Assembly: GCA_050998915.1 (NCBI GenBank)
Contig: JBPCPS010000141.1
Location: forward strand, 5,878-69,877
Source: Gemmatimonadaceae bacterium
Lineage (GTDB): Bacteria; Gemmatimonadota; Gemmatimonadetes; Gemmatimonadales; Gemmatimonadaceae
Length of the DNA: 64,000 bases
Direction of reading: 5' to 3'
The position numbers and the translations under genes were made by a program. The notes beneath the pieces were generated by a model. That model was given only the letters and a program-made list of their open reading frames with translations, was not told the DNA's origin and searched no databases. Each line of letters opens with the position of its first letter. Positions within the stretch are counted from its first letter, which is position 1. Of the stretch, positions 1-8,425 are shown one piece after another.

Positions 1-663
1 CTCATCCGGAAGGACTCGCCGGTGCACATCGGCCCCCTCGGGACGTTCCTCGGTACGCCCGTGCTCGGCATCGCCGCGGGGTCGAGCGCCGCCCCGCAGG
101 CGCAGCCTGGCGACACACTCTACGCCGGCGCGTTCCGCGCGTCCGAAGGGGTGATGGCGCAGATGGCGACGGTGGGACGCGACCTCGACTCCCTGAAGGA
201 AGAAATCACCGCCGTCGTGGCGGACATGAAGATTGCGCGCGGTACGTTCGGCGCGATGGCCGTGGAAGGGCCGCGCGACATCGGCCGCGTCGGGGCCGAC
301 TTCTCCCGCTTCCACGCGCGCGTCAGTCGCGGCGGCGGAACGGTCGGCATGATCATCAACGATCCCAAATTCGGCGCGCGGTTCGGCGCGATCCGCGCCG
401 ACGTGGACTCCATCCGGCTCCTCGTCACGTCGGACCGCGGGAGCGTTGGCAAGTTCCGGAGTGACAAGACGCTCGCAGTCGCCGTGCAGGGCGTGCGCGA
501 CGAGGTGGCCGCATTGCAGCAGGCACTGGACCAGTCTCGCGGGACCGCGGGCCGGGCGATGAACGACAAGGCGGTTCAGGAGGAGCTGGCCGCGCTCCGC
601 CGGCAGCTCGACGAGCTCATCGCCGACATGAAAAAGAATCCGTTCCGCTACATCCGGCTCTAG
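1..663 (+). CDS. MlaD/Mce-family protein, C-terminal part (5' end outside window)
   Basis: Frame is open from base 1 (LIRKDSPVHIGPLG...), so the listed 22..663 ORF is a truncated view. Has a GTVGMIINDPKF Mce-type motif and a helical tail. TAG stop at 661-663. Confidence 0.65.
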   Translation, partial: LIRKDSPVHIGPLGTFLGTPVLGIAAGSSAAPQAQPGDTLYAGAFRASEGVMAQMATVGRDLDSLKEEITAVVADMKIARGTFGAMAVEGPRDIGRVGADFSRFHARVSRGGGTVGMIINDPKFGARFGAIRADVDSIRLLVTSDRGSVGKFRSDKTLAVAVQGVRDEVAALQQALDQSRGTAGRAMNDKAVQEELAALRRQLDELIADMKKNPFRYIRL

Positions 664-718
664 CTTGACCCTGGCGCCGGGCTGACGTAGGTTCGGCGCT
701 TCGGAGGCACTGAACGTG

Positions 719-770
719 CCTTCTCCCCTGGCACCCCGCGCGACACCCCCTCCCGCACCAACTCTCCTCC
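719..770 (+). promoter_or_regulatory. C-rich, G-poor tract in the rho leader (rut-like, possible autoregulatory attenuator)
   Basis: ccttctcccctggcaccccgcgcgacaccccctcccgcaccaactctcctcc lies 30-80 nt upstream of the rho ATG. A small GGCAC/GTGCC hairpin at 706-720 precedes it. Confidence 0.3.
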
Positions 771-800
771 ATTGAATCTGCTGAGCGCCACGCGCTCGTC

Positions 801-2078
801 ATGACGACAATCCCCCCGCAGGTGGACATCTCCGACTTGAAGCGCAAGTCGGTCACGGATCTGCAGCAGATGGCCGACGGACTGGCGATCCCGAACGTCG
901 GCACGCTGCGCAAGCAGGAGCTGATCTTTCGCATCGAGCAGAGCCTGCTCGACACGAAGATCACGCTGCGCGGCGACGGCGTGATCGAGCTTCTGCCCGA
1001 GGGATACGGCTTCCTCCGCAGCCAGAATTGGAATTACCTGCCCGGCCCGGACGACATTTACGTCTCGCCCTCGCAGATCAAGCGCTTCAACCTGCGGACG
1101 GGCGACGGCGTGTACGGCCAGGTCCGTCCCCCCAAACCGTGGGAGAAATACCTCGCCCTGCTCAAGGTCGAGCAGATCAACGGTGACGACCCCGAGCGGG
1201 CCAGGGACCGCGTCGCGTTCGACAACCTGCGCCCCAAGTACCCGGACGAGCGCCTCCGTCTCGAGACCCAAGACGGAGATCTCAGCATGCGGGTCGTGGA
1301 CATCATCGCGCCGATCGGCAAAGGGCAGCGAGGGCTGATCGTCGCCCCTCCCCGGGCCGGAAAAACGATCCTGATCGAGAAAATCGCGAACGCGATCGCG
1401 GAAAATCACCCCGAGGTGACCATAATCGTCCTATTGATAGACGAGCGGCCCGAAGAGGTGACCGAGATGATCGCGACCGCGGTTCGCGCGGAGGTGATCA
1501 GCTCGACTTTCGACGAGCCGGCTGATCGTCACGTGCAGGTTGCCGACATGGTGCTCGAGAAGGCCAAGCGACTGGTAGAGCACGGCCGGGACGTAGTCGT
1601 GCTGCTCGATTCGATCACCCGCCTCGCGCGCGCGCACAACACGGTCGCGCCGCACTCGGGTAAGATCCTGTCGGGCGGAGTCGAGGCGACCGCGCTGCAC
1701 AAGCCGAAGCGATTCTTCGGGATGGCGCGCAACATCGAAGGCGGCGGCTCGCTCACCATCATAGCGAGCGCGCTCGTCGAGACGGGCTCGCGGATGGACG
1801 ACGTCATCTTCGAGGAGTTCAAGGGAACGGGCAACATGGAGCTGGTGCTCGACAGGAAGATCGCGGACCGGAGAATCTTCCCGGCGGTCGACATCCTGAA
1901 GTCGGGAACGAGAAAGGAAGAACTGCTGCTGACGCAAGCCGAGATCAACCGCGTCTTTTTGCTGCGCAACTTTCTGTCGGACATGCCGGAAGCGGAGCAG
2001 ATCGAATTCCTGCTGAAGCAGATGAAGCGCACCAAGGACAACAAGGAGTTCTTCGTGCAGATGGCTCAGGGTGGCTGA
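801..2078 (+). CDS. rho: Transcription termination factor Rho
   Basis: N-terminal [15 protein letters not shown] Rho_N motif, RNA-binding domain, Walker A APPRAGKT, and conserved C-terminal [12 protein letters not shown]-like tail. Confidence 0.95.
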   Translation: MTTIPPQVDISDLKRKSVTDLQQMADGLAIPNVGTLRKQELIFRIEQSLLDTKITLRGDGVIELLPEGYGFLRSQNWNYLPGPDDIYVSPSQIKRFNLRTGDGVYGQVRPPKPWEKYLALLKVEQINGDDPERARDRVAFDNLRPKYPDERLRLETQDGDLSMRVVDIIAPIGKGQRGLIVAPPRAGKTILIEKIANAIAENHPEVTIIVLLIDERPEEVTEMIATAVRAEVISSTFDEPADRHVQVADMVLEKAKRLVEHGRDVVVLLDSITRLARAHNTVAPHSGKILSGGVEATALHKPKRFFGMARNIEGGGSLTIIASALVETGSRMDDVIFEEFKGTGNMELVLDRKIADRRIFPAVDILKSGTRKEELLLTQAEINRVFLLRNFLSDMPEAEQIEFLLKQMKRTKDNKEFFVQMAQGG

Positions 2079-2100
2079 AGCCACGGAGGAGCGACGGGTC

Positions 2101-2520
2101 ATGGGGATAGACTATGGCGAGCGGCGGATCGGAATCGCCGTCAGCGATCCGTCCGCGATGATTGCGGCTCCGGCCGGCTTCATCGCGCGGCGCCGCGGGA
2201 AGCGTGTCCCCGTGAACGAGATCGTCGTTCGCGCCCGCGAGCTGGGCGTGCGGGAGTTCGTGCTCGGCTTGCCGCTCGACGGCGAGGGGAACGAGACCGA
2301 GCGCACCGCGGAGGTGCGCGCGCTGGCGCGGGAGCTGGAGAAGCGCACGGGTCTGCCGGCGCGGTTCGTGGACGAGCGGTTCACTACCGCCGCGGCGCTG
2401 CGCGCGGTCCGCGAAATGGGCGGGAGCACCCGAGGCCGCAAGGGCGACGTCGATTCGCTCTCCGCCGCGATCCTGCTGCAGTACGCGCTCGATTCGGCGC
2501 CGCGAGGGGGCGAGACGTGA
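2101..2520 (+). CDS. ruvX: Holliday junction resolvase-like nuclease RuvX/YqgF
   Basis: MGIDYGERRIGIAVSD N-terminus is typical of YqgF. GGAGGA lies about 11 nt upstream of ATG 2101. An alternative GTG at 2071 overlaps the rho stop. Confidence 0.85.
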   Translation: MGIDYGERRIGIAVSDPSAMIAAPAGFIARRRGKRVPVNEIVVRARELGVREFVLGLPLDGEGNETERTAEVRALARELEKRTGLPARFVDERFTTAAALRAVREMGGSTRGRKGDVDSLSAAILLQYALDSAPRGGET

Positions 2521-3533
2521 TTCGCCTCCTGTTGCTGGTGTCGCTGGTGCTCGGCTGCAGCCGCCCGCAAGGACCGCCGATCCGCGTCGTGATTCCCGAA
2601 GGTTCGACGATGCGCATCGCCGCCGAATCGCTCGCCGCTGCGCGCCTGATCTCTTCCTCCACGGGCTTTCGCATTTATGGACGCATCGCGGGCAACGACC
2701 GATCGCTCAAGCCCGGCACGTATCTCATGAAGCGCGGGACGCCGTGGCCCGAAATCATGCGGGCGCTGATCGGCGGGCGCGGGTTGGTGCGGAGCGTGAC
2801 GATACCGGAAGGCCTCTCGCTCGTTCAGATCGCGGAGCTGGTCGGCAAGGCGCTCGACGTTCCCCCCGATTCCGTGATCGCCGCGGCGAAGGACACTGCG
2901 CTTCTTCGCCGACTGAACGTCCCTACACCGACGCTGGAGGGCTATCTCTTCCCGGACACCTACGCGTTCCCCGAAGGTACCGATCCCGCGCGCGCCATCG
3001 CCGAAATGGTCCGGCGCTTCGAGCGCGAGTGGGATCCGAAATGGGACGCGCGGCTCACGCAGCTGGCGATGAACAGGCAGGACATCGTCGCGCTCGCGTC
3101 GATCATCGAGGAGGAAGCCAAGCTGCCGCAGGAGCGGCCGATAATCTCCGCCGTGTACCACAACCGGCTCAAGATCGGCATGGCGCTGCAGGCTGATCCG
3201 ACGGTGCAATACGCGCGCGGGGCGCATGCCGAGCGTGTGACGTTCAAGGACCTGGAGATCGACTCGCCGTACAACACCTACAAGTATCCCGGACTTCCCC
3301 CGGGGCCGATATCGTCGCCGGGCGGCGAGAGCCTACGCGCCGCGCTCTTCCCCGCGAACGTGGACTACCTCTATTTCGTGGCTTACCCCGACGGCCACCA
3401 CGAATTCAGGCGTACGCTCGACGAGCACAACGCCGTGCGAGCGAGGCTCCGCGCCGACAGCAACCGGCGCGCTGCCGCGCGCGCCGGGGCGGCATCCCCC
3501 ACTGCCGCACCAGCTGCCCCGCGTAAGCGCTGA
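2517..3533 (+). CDS. mltG: Endolytic murein transglycosylase MltG (YceG family)
   Basis: N-terminal lipobox-like LVLGCS and YceG motifs (LEGYLFPDTY, ASIIEEE, ADPTVQY, YNTYKYPGLPPGPI). 4-nt overlap with ruvX. Confidence 0.9.
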   Translation: MIRLLLLVSLVLGCSRPQGPPIRVVIPEGSTMRIAAESLAAARLISSSTGFRIYGRIAGNDRSLKPGTYLMKRGTPWPEIMRALIGGRGLVRSVTIPEGLSLVQIAELVGKALDVPPDSVIAAAKDTALLRRLNVPTPTLEGYLFPDTYAFPEGTDPARAIAEMVRRFEREWDPKWDARLTQLAMNRQDIVALASIIEEEAKLPQERPIISAVYHNRLKIGMALQADPTVQYARGAHAERVTFKDLEIDSPYNTYKYPGLPPGPISSPGGESLRAALFPANVDYLYFVAYPDGHHEFRRTLDEHNAVRARLRADSNRRAAARAGAASPTAAPAAPRKR

Positions 3534-4140
3534 GTCGCTCCGGCTCATCGCGGTCACGGACGAGCCTGAATCCGATCTTGGCGTCTGGATCGGCCGGGTC
3601 GCGGCCGCAGTGCGCGGCGGCGCGACCATCGTGCAGGTGAGAGCCAAGCAGGCTTCACCTCGCGATCTTCTCGACATCGTGAAGCAGCTGGTTCCGGCGC
3701 TCCCGGTCCCCGTGTTGGTGAACGATCGCGCGGACATCGCGATCATGGCCGGAGCGGCCGGGGTGCACGTCGGCGCGGACGACGTTCCCATCGCGCCGAT
3801 CCGCGCATTCGCCCCTCCGGCTTTCATCATTGGCGCTTCGCTCGGATCACGCGCGGAGCTGGAGACGGCGCGCGGGGCCGACTACGTCGGGATAGGGCCC
3901 GTTTTCTGTACGGAATCGAAAGCCGACGCCGGCTCACCGTTGGAATTCGGGGAGATCACGGAGCTGCAGCGGCTCGCCGGCGTGCCGGCCGTCGCGATTG
4001 GGGGAATCTCCGTGGCCAATGCTCGCGAAGTTCTCGATGCTTGCCCCTGCCTCGCCGGGGTCGCGGCGCTCAGCTCGCTTTTCGGCGCCGCCGACGTCGA
4101 GACCGCCGCGCGGGCTTTGCGGGACGCCATCGGAAGATGA
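3514..4140 (+). CDS. thiE: Thiamine-phosphate synthase (ThiE paralog 1); start uncertain, probably CTG
   Basis: LRLIAVTD ... ATIVQVRAK ... LVNDRADIA ... GVHVG ... IGPVF ... AIGGI. The conserved LRLIAVTD strand (3538-3561) lies upstream of the first ATG/GTG/TTG (3610). In-frame CTG codons sit at 3502 and 3514. Confidence 0.75.
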   Translation: MPRVSAESLRLIAVTDEPESDLGVWIGRVAAAVRGGATIVQVRAKQASPRDLLDIVKQLVPALPVPVLVNDRADIAIMAGAAGVHVGADDVPIAPIRAFAPPAFIIGASLGSRAELETARGADYVGIGPVFCTESKADAGSPLEFGEITELQRLAGVPAVAIGGISVANAREVLDACPCLAGVAALSSLFGAADVETAARALRDAIGR

Positions 4141-4888
4141 GGTCGGGCGCGGACTGAATCTGCTCGCTGCGGCGGTTTTTTCCCTTGACCCGCCCACCCG
4201 GCGTGATCCGGATGTCGGCGACGCACTCCTGCACCATCGGCGAGAGAAACAGGTCCACCAGATCGGGGTCGAAGTGCGTTCCGCGCCCCGCTAACAGCGC
4301 TTCGGTCGCGAAGCGCAGACTGTGCGCGCGGCTGTACCGGCGGTGTTGCGTGATCGCGTCGAACGCGTCCACGATCGCGACGATCCGCGCCGACTGCGGA
4401 ATCCGCCTCCCTTTCAACCCCCGTGGGTATCCGGTCCCGTCCCAACGCTCGTGGTGCGCGAGCACGCCCGCGGGCAGATCGGGGTAGAACGCTGCCAGGG
4501 GCCGGAGCACCTCCGCACCGCGCTTGGGGTGAGTCATGATCTCGCGCCGCGCCTCGGGTGAAAGCTTCGAGGTATCGTGCAGGATGTCGAACAGCGCTTC
4601 GTGGACCTTGCCGATGTCGTGAAAAAGCGCGACCCGCTCGACGCTGCGCTTCTCGTGCTCCGAAAGCCCGGCGGCGTCCGCCAGCTCGAGCGCGTAATGC
4701 GCCACCCGGCGCACGTGATGGCCGGTCTCCTCGTCGTTCGCGTCGATCGCGTTCAACAGCGTCTCGAGCGTCGCCGCGCCGAGCCGAAGCGCTTGTCTGT
4801 AGGTGCGCCGCTGGCGCATGACTAGCAGGGCCGCGGCGGCGCCTACGGCAAAATTGAAGATCGGAAGCATTCGCACTATGCGCTCCAA
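4070..4888 (-). CDS. HD-GYP domain phosphodiesterase (membrane-anchored, no receiver domain)
   Basis: N-terminal hydrophobic helix, then HHVRRVAHY ... HDIGK ... HHERWDGTGYPRGL (HD-GYP signature). The basic C-terminal tail overlaps the thiE 3' end. Confidence 0.85.
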   Translation of the reverse strand: MERIVRMLPIFNFAVGAAAALLVMRQRRTYRQALRLGAATLETLLNAIDANDEETGHHVRRVAHYALELADAAGLSEHEKRSVERVALFHDIGKVHEALFDILHDTSKLSPEARREIMTHPKRGAEVLRPLAAFYPDLPAGVLAHHERWDGTGYPRGLKGRRIPQSARIVAIVDAFDAITQHRRYSRAHSLRFATEALLAGRGTHFDPDLVDLFLSPMVQECVADIRITPGGRVKGKNRRSEQIQSAPDLIFRWRPAKPARRSRRRRRRKAS

Positions 4889-4938
4889 TGCAATAACCGC
4901 GGCACCTGCGTTGGCCCCCGGCGCGCTAACTTTAGCTC

Positions 4939-6102
4939 GTGGAATCGGTCATCGTCAACCGGAAGGGCGAGAAGCGCTGGGAAGCCGGCCACCCGTGGAT
5001 CTTCCGCAGCGACGTGCTCGAGCGCCCGGAGGCCCCCGCTGGAACCGTGCTGGTGACATCCGCCAAGGGAAGACCTCTCGGCGTCGCGCTCTGGAGCCCG
5101 AAGTCGGAGATATCGCTCCGCATGATCGACACCGATCCGCGCGCCCAGATCGACGGACGGTGGTGGCACCGCCGTCTGGCGACGGCGATCGGCCGCCGCG
5201 CGGCAGTGGCCGCCGAGGCCACGGCCTACCGCCTCGTGCACGGCGAGGCCGACGGCTGTCCTTCGCTGGTTTGTGACCGGTACGGGGAATACGTCGTGGT
5301 GCAGCTGCTCAGCGCAGGCATCGACAGCTACCGCAGGGAGATCATCGAGGCGCTCGTCGACTTGCTCCACCCCGCGGGGATCCTCGCGCGCAACGACGTC
5401 CCGGTCCGCACGCGTGAAGGTCTGCCGCGCGCCGTCGAAGCGCTCCACGGGGAGGTGCCGCGCGAGATCGAAGTTGAAGAGAACGGCGTGCGCTACCTCG
5501 CCGCGCCGTGGGACGGGCAAAAGACCGGTGCGTTTCTCGATCAACGCGAGAACCGCGCTCTTGCGGGTACGGTATCCCGCGGCCGGGCACTCGATTGCTT
5601 CAGCTATCACGGCTCGTTCGCGCTGCATCTCGCGCGCGGTGCCGACACAGTTACCGCGCTCGACTCCTCCGCGCCGGCGCTCGAGCGCGCGCGGCTGAAC
5701 GCGGCGCTGAACCGATCCACCAACATCGACTTCGTAGAAGCGGATGCGTTCGACTTTCTGCGCGCGGCCGACGCCCGCCGCGAGCGGTACGACACGATCG
5801 TGCTGGACCCGCCCGCGTTCGCGAAGACGAGACAATCGCTCGCCGGCGCCATGCGCGGATACAAGGAGATCAACCTGCGGGGGATGAGGCTCCTGGCCGA
5901 GGACGGCTACCTTTTTACGGCGAGCTGCAGCTTTCATCTCAGCCGGGAGCTTTTTCTTCAGATGCTGCTCGAGGCCGCCGCCGATTCCGGCAGGACGCTG
6001 GCGATCCGCGCGCTCACCGGCCAGCCGAGCGACCATCCGGAGATCCTCACCATTCCGGAAACAGGCTACATCAAAGGCGCGCTGCTACAGGCACTCGACT
6101 GA
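4939..6102 (+). CDS. Class I SAM-dependent rRNA methyltransferase with PUA-like N-terminus (RlmI/YwbD-like)
   Basis: GHPWIF PUA-type N-terminus, KTGAFLDQREN, ALDCFSYHGSFAL, IVLDPPAFAK. Confidence 0.85.
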   Translation: MESVIVNRKGEKRWEAGHPWIFRSDVLERPEAPAGTVLVTSAKGRPLGVALWSPKSEISLRMIDTDPRAQIDGRWWHRRLATAIGRRAAVAAEATAYRLVHGEADGCPSLVCDRYGEYVVVQLLSAGIDSYRREIIEALVDLLHPAGILARNDVPVRTREGLPRAVEALHGEVPREIEVEENGVRYLAAPWDGQKTGAFLDQRENRALAGTVSRGRALDCFSYHGSFALHLARGADTVTALDSSAPALERARLNAALNRSTNIDFVEADAFDFLRAADARRERYDTIVLDPPAFAKTRQSLAGAMRGYKEINLRGMRLLAEDGYLFTASCSFHLSRELFLQMLLEAAADSGRTLAIRALTGQPSDHPEILTIPETGYIKGALLQALD

Positions 6103-6169
6103 CGTCGCTGATTTATTTTACTTGCGCGGTGCACCGGGTGTCCTACCTTTGGATTTTTCGGAAGTGCTG

Positions 6170-6940
6170 ATGCCGCAACATGTGCTCCGGTCGTTAAGGC
6201 ACGAATACCAGGTCTTCGTCGAGTCCGAGATCGAGCGCTACAAGGACTCGGTGTCGCGGCATTCGCTGCTCGGCATCGCCGACGAAGCGGTCACCGCGCT
6301 CCGCTCGCAGGCGCAATACGAGCCGGAAGAGCTATCGCTGTGCGCTGAAGTCGACCGGCTGATCGCGCGCCGCATCAAGCTTCCGAAGTACACCACCTGG
6401 CAGCGCAAGCGGCTCAAGCGGCTGGCGGAGTATCGCAAGCCGGAGACGTGGGGCATTGCGCCGGACGGCCCGCTGGTTCGCGAGATCAAGCCGGGCTCCG
6501 ACACTCACGTGCTCGTCACCGGCGCGGAGTGCGAGCGCGCCGCGATCTATCTCGCCGCGCATGGTTGCGCGGTAACCGCGATCAACGAGGAAGAAGACTG
6601 CGTCGATCGCGTCGTGGCAGCGGCCGCCGCCGCAGGCCTCAACTCCCGCATCCACGCGTGTGTCGCGGACCTTGGCACCTGGTCGCCCAAGCCCCTGACC
6701 GCCGTGGTGTGTCCCAGCGACAGCCTCGCGTCATTGACGCCCCACGACCGGACGCGCGTCATCGAGCTGTTGCAGCACGCAACGAAAGCCGGCGGCGTTC
6801 ACCTGTTCGAGACCATTCTCAACGGCAGCGGCTCTCTCACCGTGGACGAGCTTCGGGCGCGCTATTCGGGGTGGACAGTAGCGGTCGAGCGGGAGAGCGG
6901 GACGGCCCGAAGCTTCCTCGCTCGGAAAGCCGCCGCGTAA
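6170..6940 (+). CDS. Hypothetical protein; C-terminal Rossmann/methyltransferase-like half with degenerate motif I
   Basis: High GC3 ORF. VLVTGAECERAAIYLAAHGCAVTAINEEE resembles MTase motif I-II but lacks the Gly-rich loop. ATG 6170 preferred over TTG 6122. Confidence 0.5.
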   Translation: MPQHVLRSLRHEYQVFVESEIERYKDSVSRHSLLGIADEAVTALRSQAQYEPEELSLCAEVDRLIARRIKLPKYTTWQRKRLKRLAEYRKPETWGIAPDGPLVREIKPGSDTHVLVTGAECERAAIYLAAHGCAVTAINEEEDCVDRVVAAAAAAGLNSRIHACVADLGTWSPKPLTAVVCPSDSLASLTPHDRTRVIELLQHATKAGGVHLFETILNGSGSLTVDELRARYSGWTVAVERESGTARSFLARKAAA

Positions 6941-6946
6941 CGTATC

Positions 6947-6985
6947 GACACAGGTGGAAGCCGAAAACGTGTCAGTATGCGACAC
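6947..6985. promoter_or_regulatory. Alternating GACAC/GTGTC/GACAC pentamers (candidate enhancer-binding-protein site)
   Basis: GACAC at 6947-6951, GTGTC at 6969-6973 and GACAC at 6981-6985, about 75-110 nt upstream of the sigma54-type promoter. Confidence 0.3.
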
Positions 6986-7057
6986 TTTCAGTTGGTCGCA
7001 GCTCCTATGTATCAGGCTAACTCTTTGTTAATTAACGACTTAGGTTAACCGAGGCAC

Positions 7058-7074
7058 TTGGCACCGGCCGTGCC
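7058..7074 (+). promoter_or_regulatory. Sigma54-type (-24/-12) promoter candidate
   Basis: TTGGCACCGGCCGTGCC: TGGCAC at 7059-7064 and GTGC at 7070-7073, with the canonical GG-N10-GC spacing. It sits about 37 nt upstream of ATG 7110. The AT-rich AATTAACGACTTA (7030-7042) resembles an IHF site. Confidence 0.5.
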
Positions 7075-7109
7075 TTTGTGGGGGCGTACACAGCACCCTA
7101 CGAGGCCAC

Positions 7110-7262
7110 ATGAAGAAATCGAGTGTCAAGTCTGAAGCGTTCGAGCCGATCGGCATCGTCATCTCGCGTGGCGAGCGATCCGAGCCCGTCCCCGTGGTCC
7201 TCGAGTACGTCTGGGGACCCGCCCCCGTGGAAACGGCGCCCGCCAAAGTCCGGGCTGCCTGA
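7110..7262 (+). CDS. Small ORF (50 aa), unknown function; below the ORF-track cutoff
   Basis: MKKSSVKSEAFEPIGIVISRGERSEPVPVVLEYVWGPAPVETAPAKVRAA. GAGG lies 6 nt upstream of the ATG and third positions are GC-rich like neighbouring genes. It is bracketed by the sigma54-type promoter and a hairpin-plus-U terminator. Confidence 0.45.
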   Translation: MKKSSVKSEAFEPIGIVISRGERSEPVPVVLEYVWGPAPVETAPAKVRAA

Positions 7263-7335
7263 CGCCACTACTATAGGAAAGAACCGGCAGCAGGAATAGA
7301 ACCGGCAGCCGGTCCTCTTTGGGACACCACAGACT

Positions 7336-7363
7336 CCGTCGCGCGCAGCGGCGGGGTTTTCTG
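7336..7363 (+). terminator. Rho-independent terminator-like hairpin after the small ORF
   Basis: CCGTCGC (7336-42), loop GCGCA, GCGGCGG (7348-54; one G-U pair), then GGTTTTCTG. Confidence 0.45.
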
Positions 7364-7384
7364 CATCCTTGGGCGGTATGACCA

Positions 7385-8425
7385 TTGCCCATAGGCGCCA
7401 ACGTGACCTCTGACGGCGACTGGGAAGTCGAGCGCGAGCGGCTCCTCTCGCAGCGTATCTCGGACATCGGCCTTTCCCTGGAAGGGACGGTCCTCGAGAA
7501 GCTCGTCACCCAGCTGTACGTGGAGCTCGATCAGCGCGGCCTCGCGTTCCGTCCGCCCGTGTACCTCAGCGACCAGTGGGGGTGCCCCGACGGCACGCCG
7601 CTCATCGGCGTTCCCTTTTATCTCGCGGATCCGCGGCTTGCGCGCATCGAGGAAGACTTCGCGCTCGAGATCGAGAACGAGAACGATGTGATGCGGTTTC
7701 TTCGCCACGAAGCCGGGCACGCTTTCAACTACGCCTACCGCCTGCACGACCGCGCCGACTGGCACGAGGTGTTCGGGCCGTACTCCCGGCCCTACCGGGA
7801 CCGGTACCGGTCCGATCCGTTCACGCACCAATACGTCCGCCACATTCTCGGCTGGTACGCGCAGAAACACCCCGACGAGGATTTCGCGGAGACGTTCGCC
7901 GTGTGGCTGACGCCCGACATCGACTGGCGCGCCGATTACGAGGGCTGGGGAGCGCTTCGAAAGCTCGAGTACATCGACTCGGTGATGCGTGAGGTCGGCA
8001 AAACGCAGCCGGAGACTCCCGAGCTCACCGACGACGACCTTCCTGTCGCAGCGATGCGTTACACGGTGGCCGAGCATTACCGCGACATGGACGACCCCCT
8101 TCCGGTCAGCGATCCGCGTATCTTCGATGGCGACCTGCGCACGCTTTTCGGGAAGGCGTCGGACATGCCTGACAAGGACCGCGCCGGCGAGTTCATCCGC
8201 CTGCACCGGCGCGAGATCGCGGGACGGATCGCGTATTGGACGGGGGAGCCTGCCACGGTCGTGCGCAAGTTCGTGGATTTGATCGCCGATCGCGCGGAAA
8301 CGCTCGGCCTCGCGGTCCGGGGCCGCGAGGCGTCCACGCTCATCGAGCTTACGGCGTTCGGCACCGCCGTCGTGATGAACTACCGTTACACCGACGACTT
8401 TACTGGAGAACGGCCGGCCGAATGA
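7385..8425 (+). CDS. Putative zinc metallopeptidase (HExxH; Peptidase_Mx-like)
   Basis: RHEAGHAFNY HExxH motif, plus a later DEDFAETFA acidic motif. 4-nt ATGA overlap with the downstream ATP-grasp gene. The true start may be GTG 7403. Confidence 0.7.
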   Translation: MPIGANVTSDGDWEVERERLLSQRISDIGLSLEGTVLEKLVTQLYVELDQRGLAFRPPVYLSDQWGCPDGTPLIGVPFYLADPRLARIEEDFALEIENENDVMRFLRHEAGHAFNYAYRLHDRADWHEVFGPYSRPYRDRYRSDPFTHQYVRHILGWYAQKHPDEDFAETFAVWLTPDIDWRADYEGWGALRKLEYIDSVMREVGKTQPETPELTDDDLPVAAMRYTVAEHYRDMDDPLPVSDPRIFDGDLRTLFGKASDMPDKDRAGEFIRLHRREIAGRIAYWTGEPATVVRKFVDLIADRAETLGLAVRGREASTLIELTAFGTAVVMNYRYTDDFTGERPAE

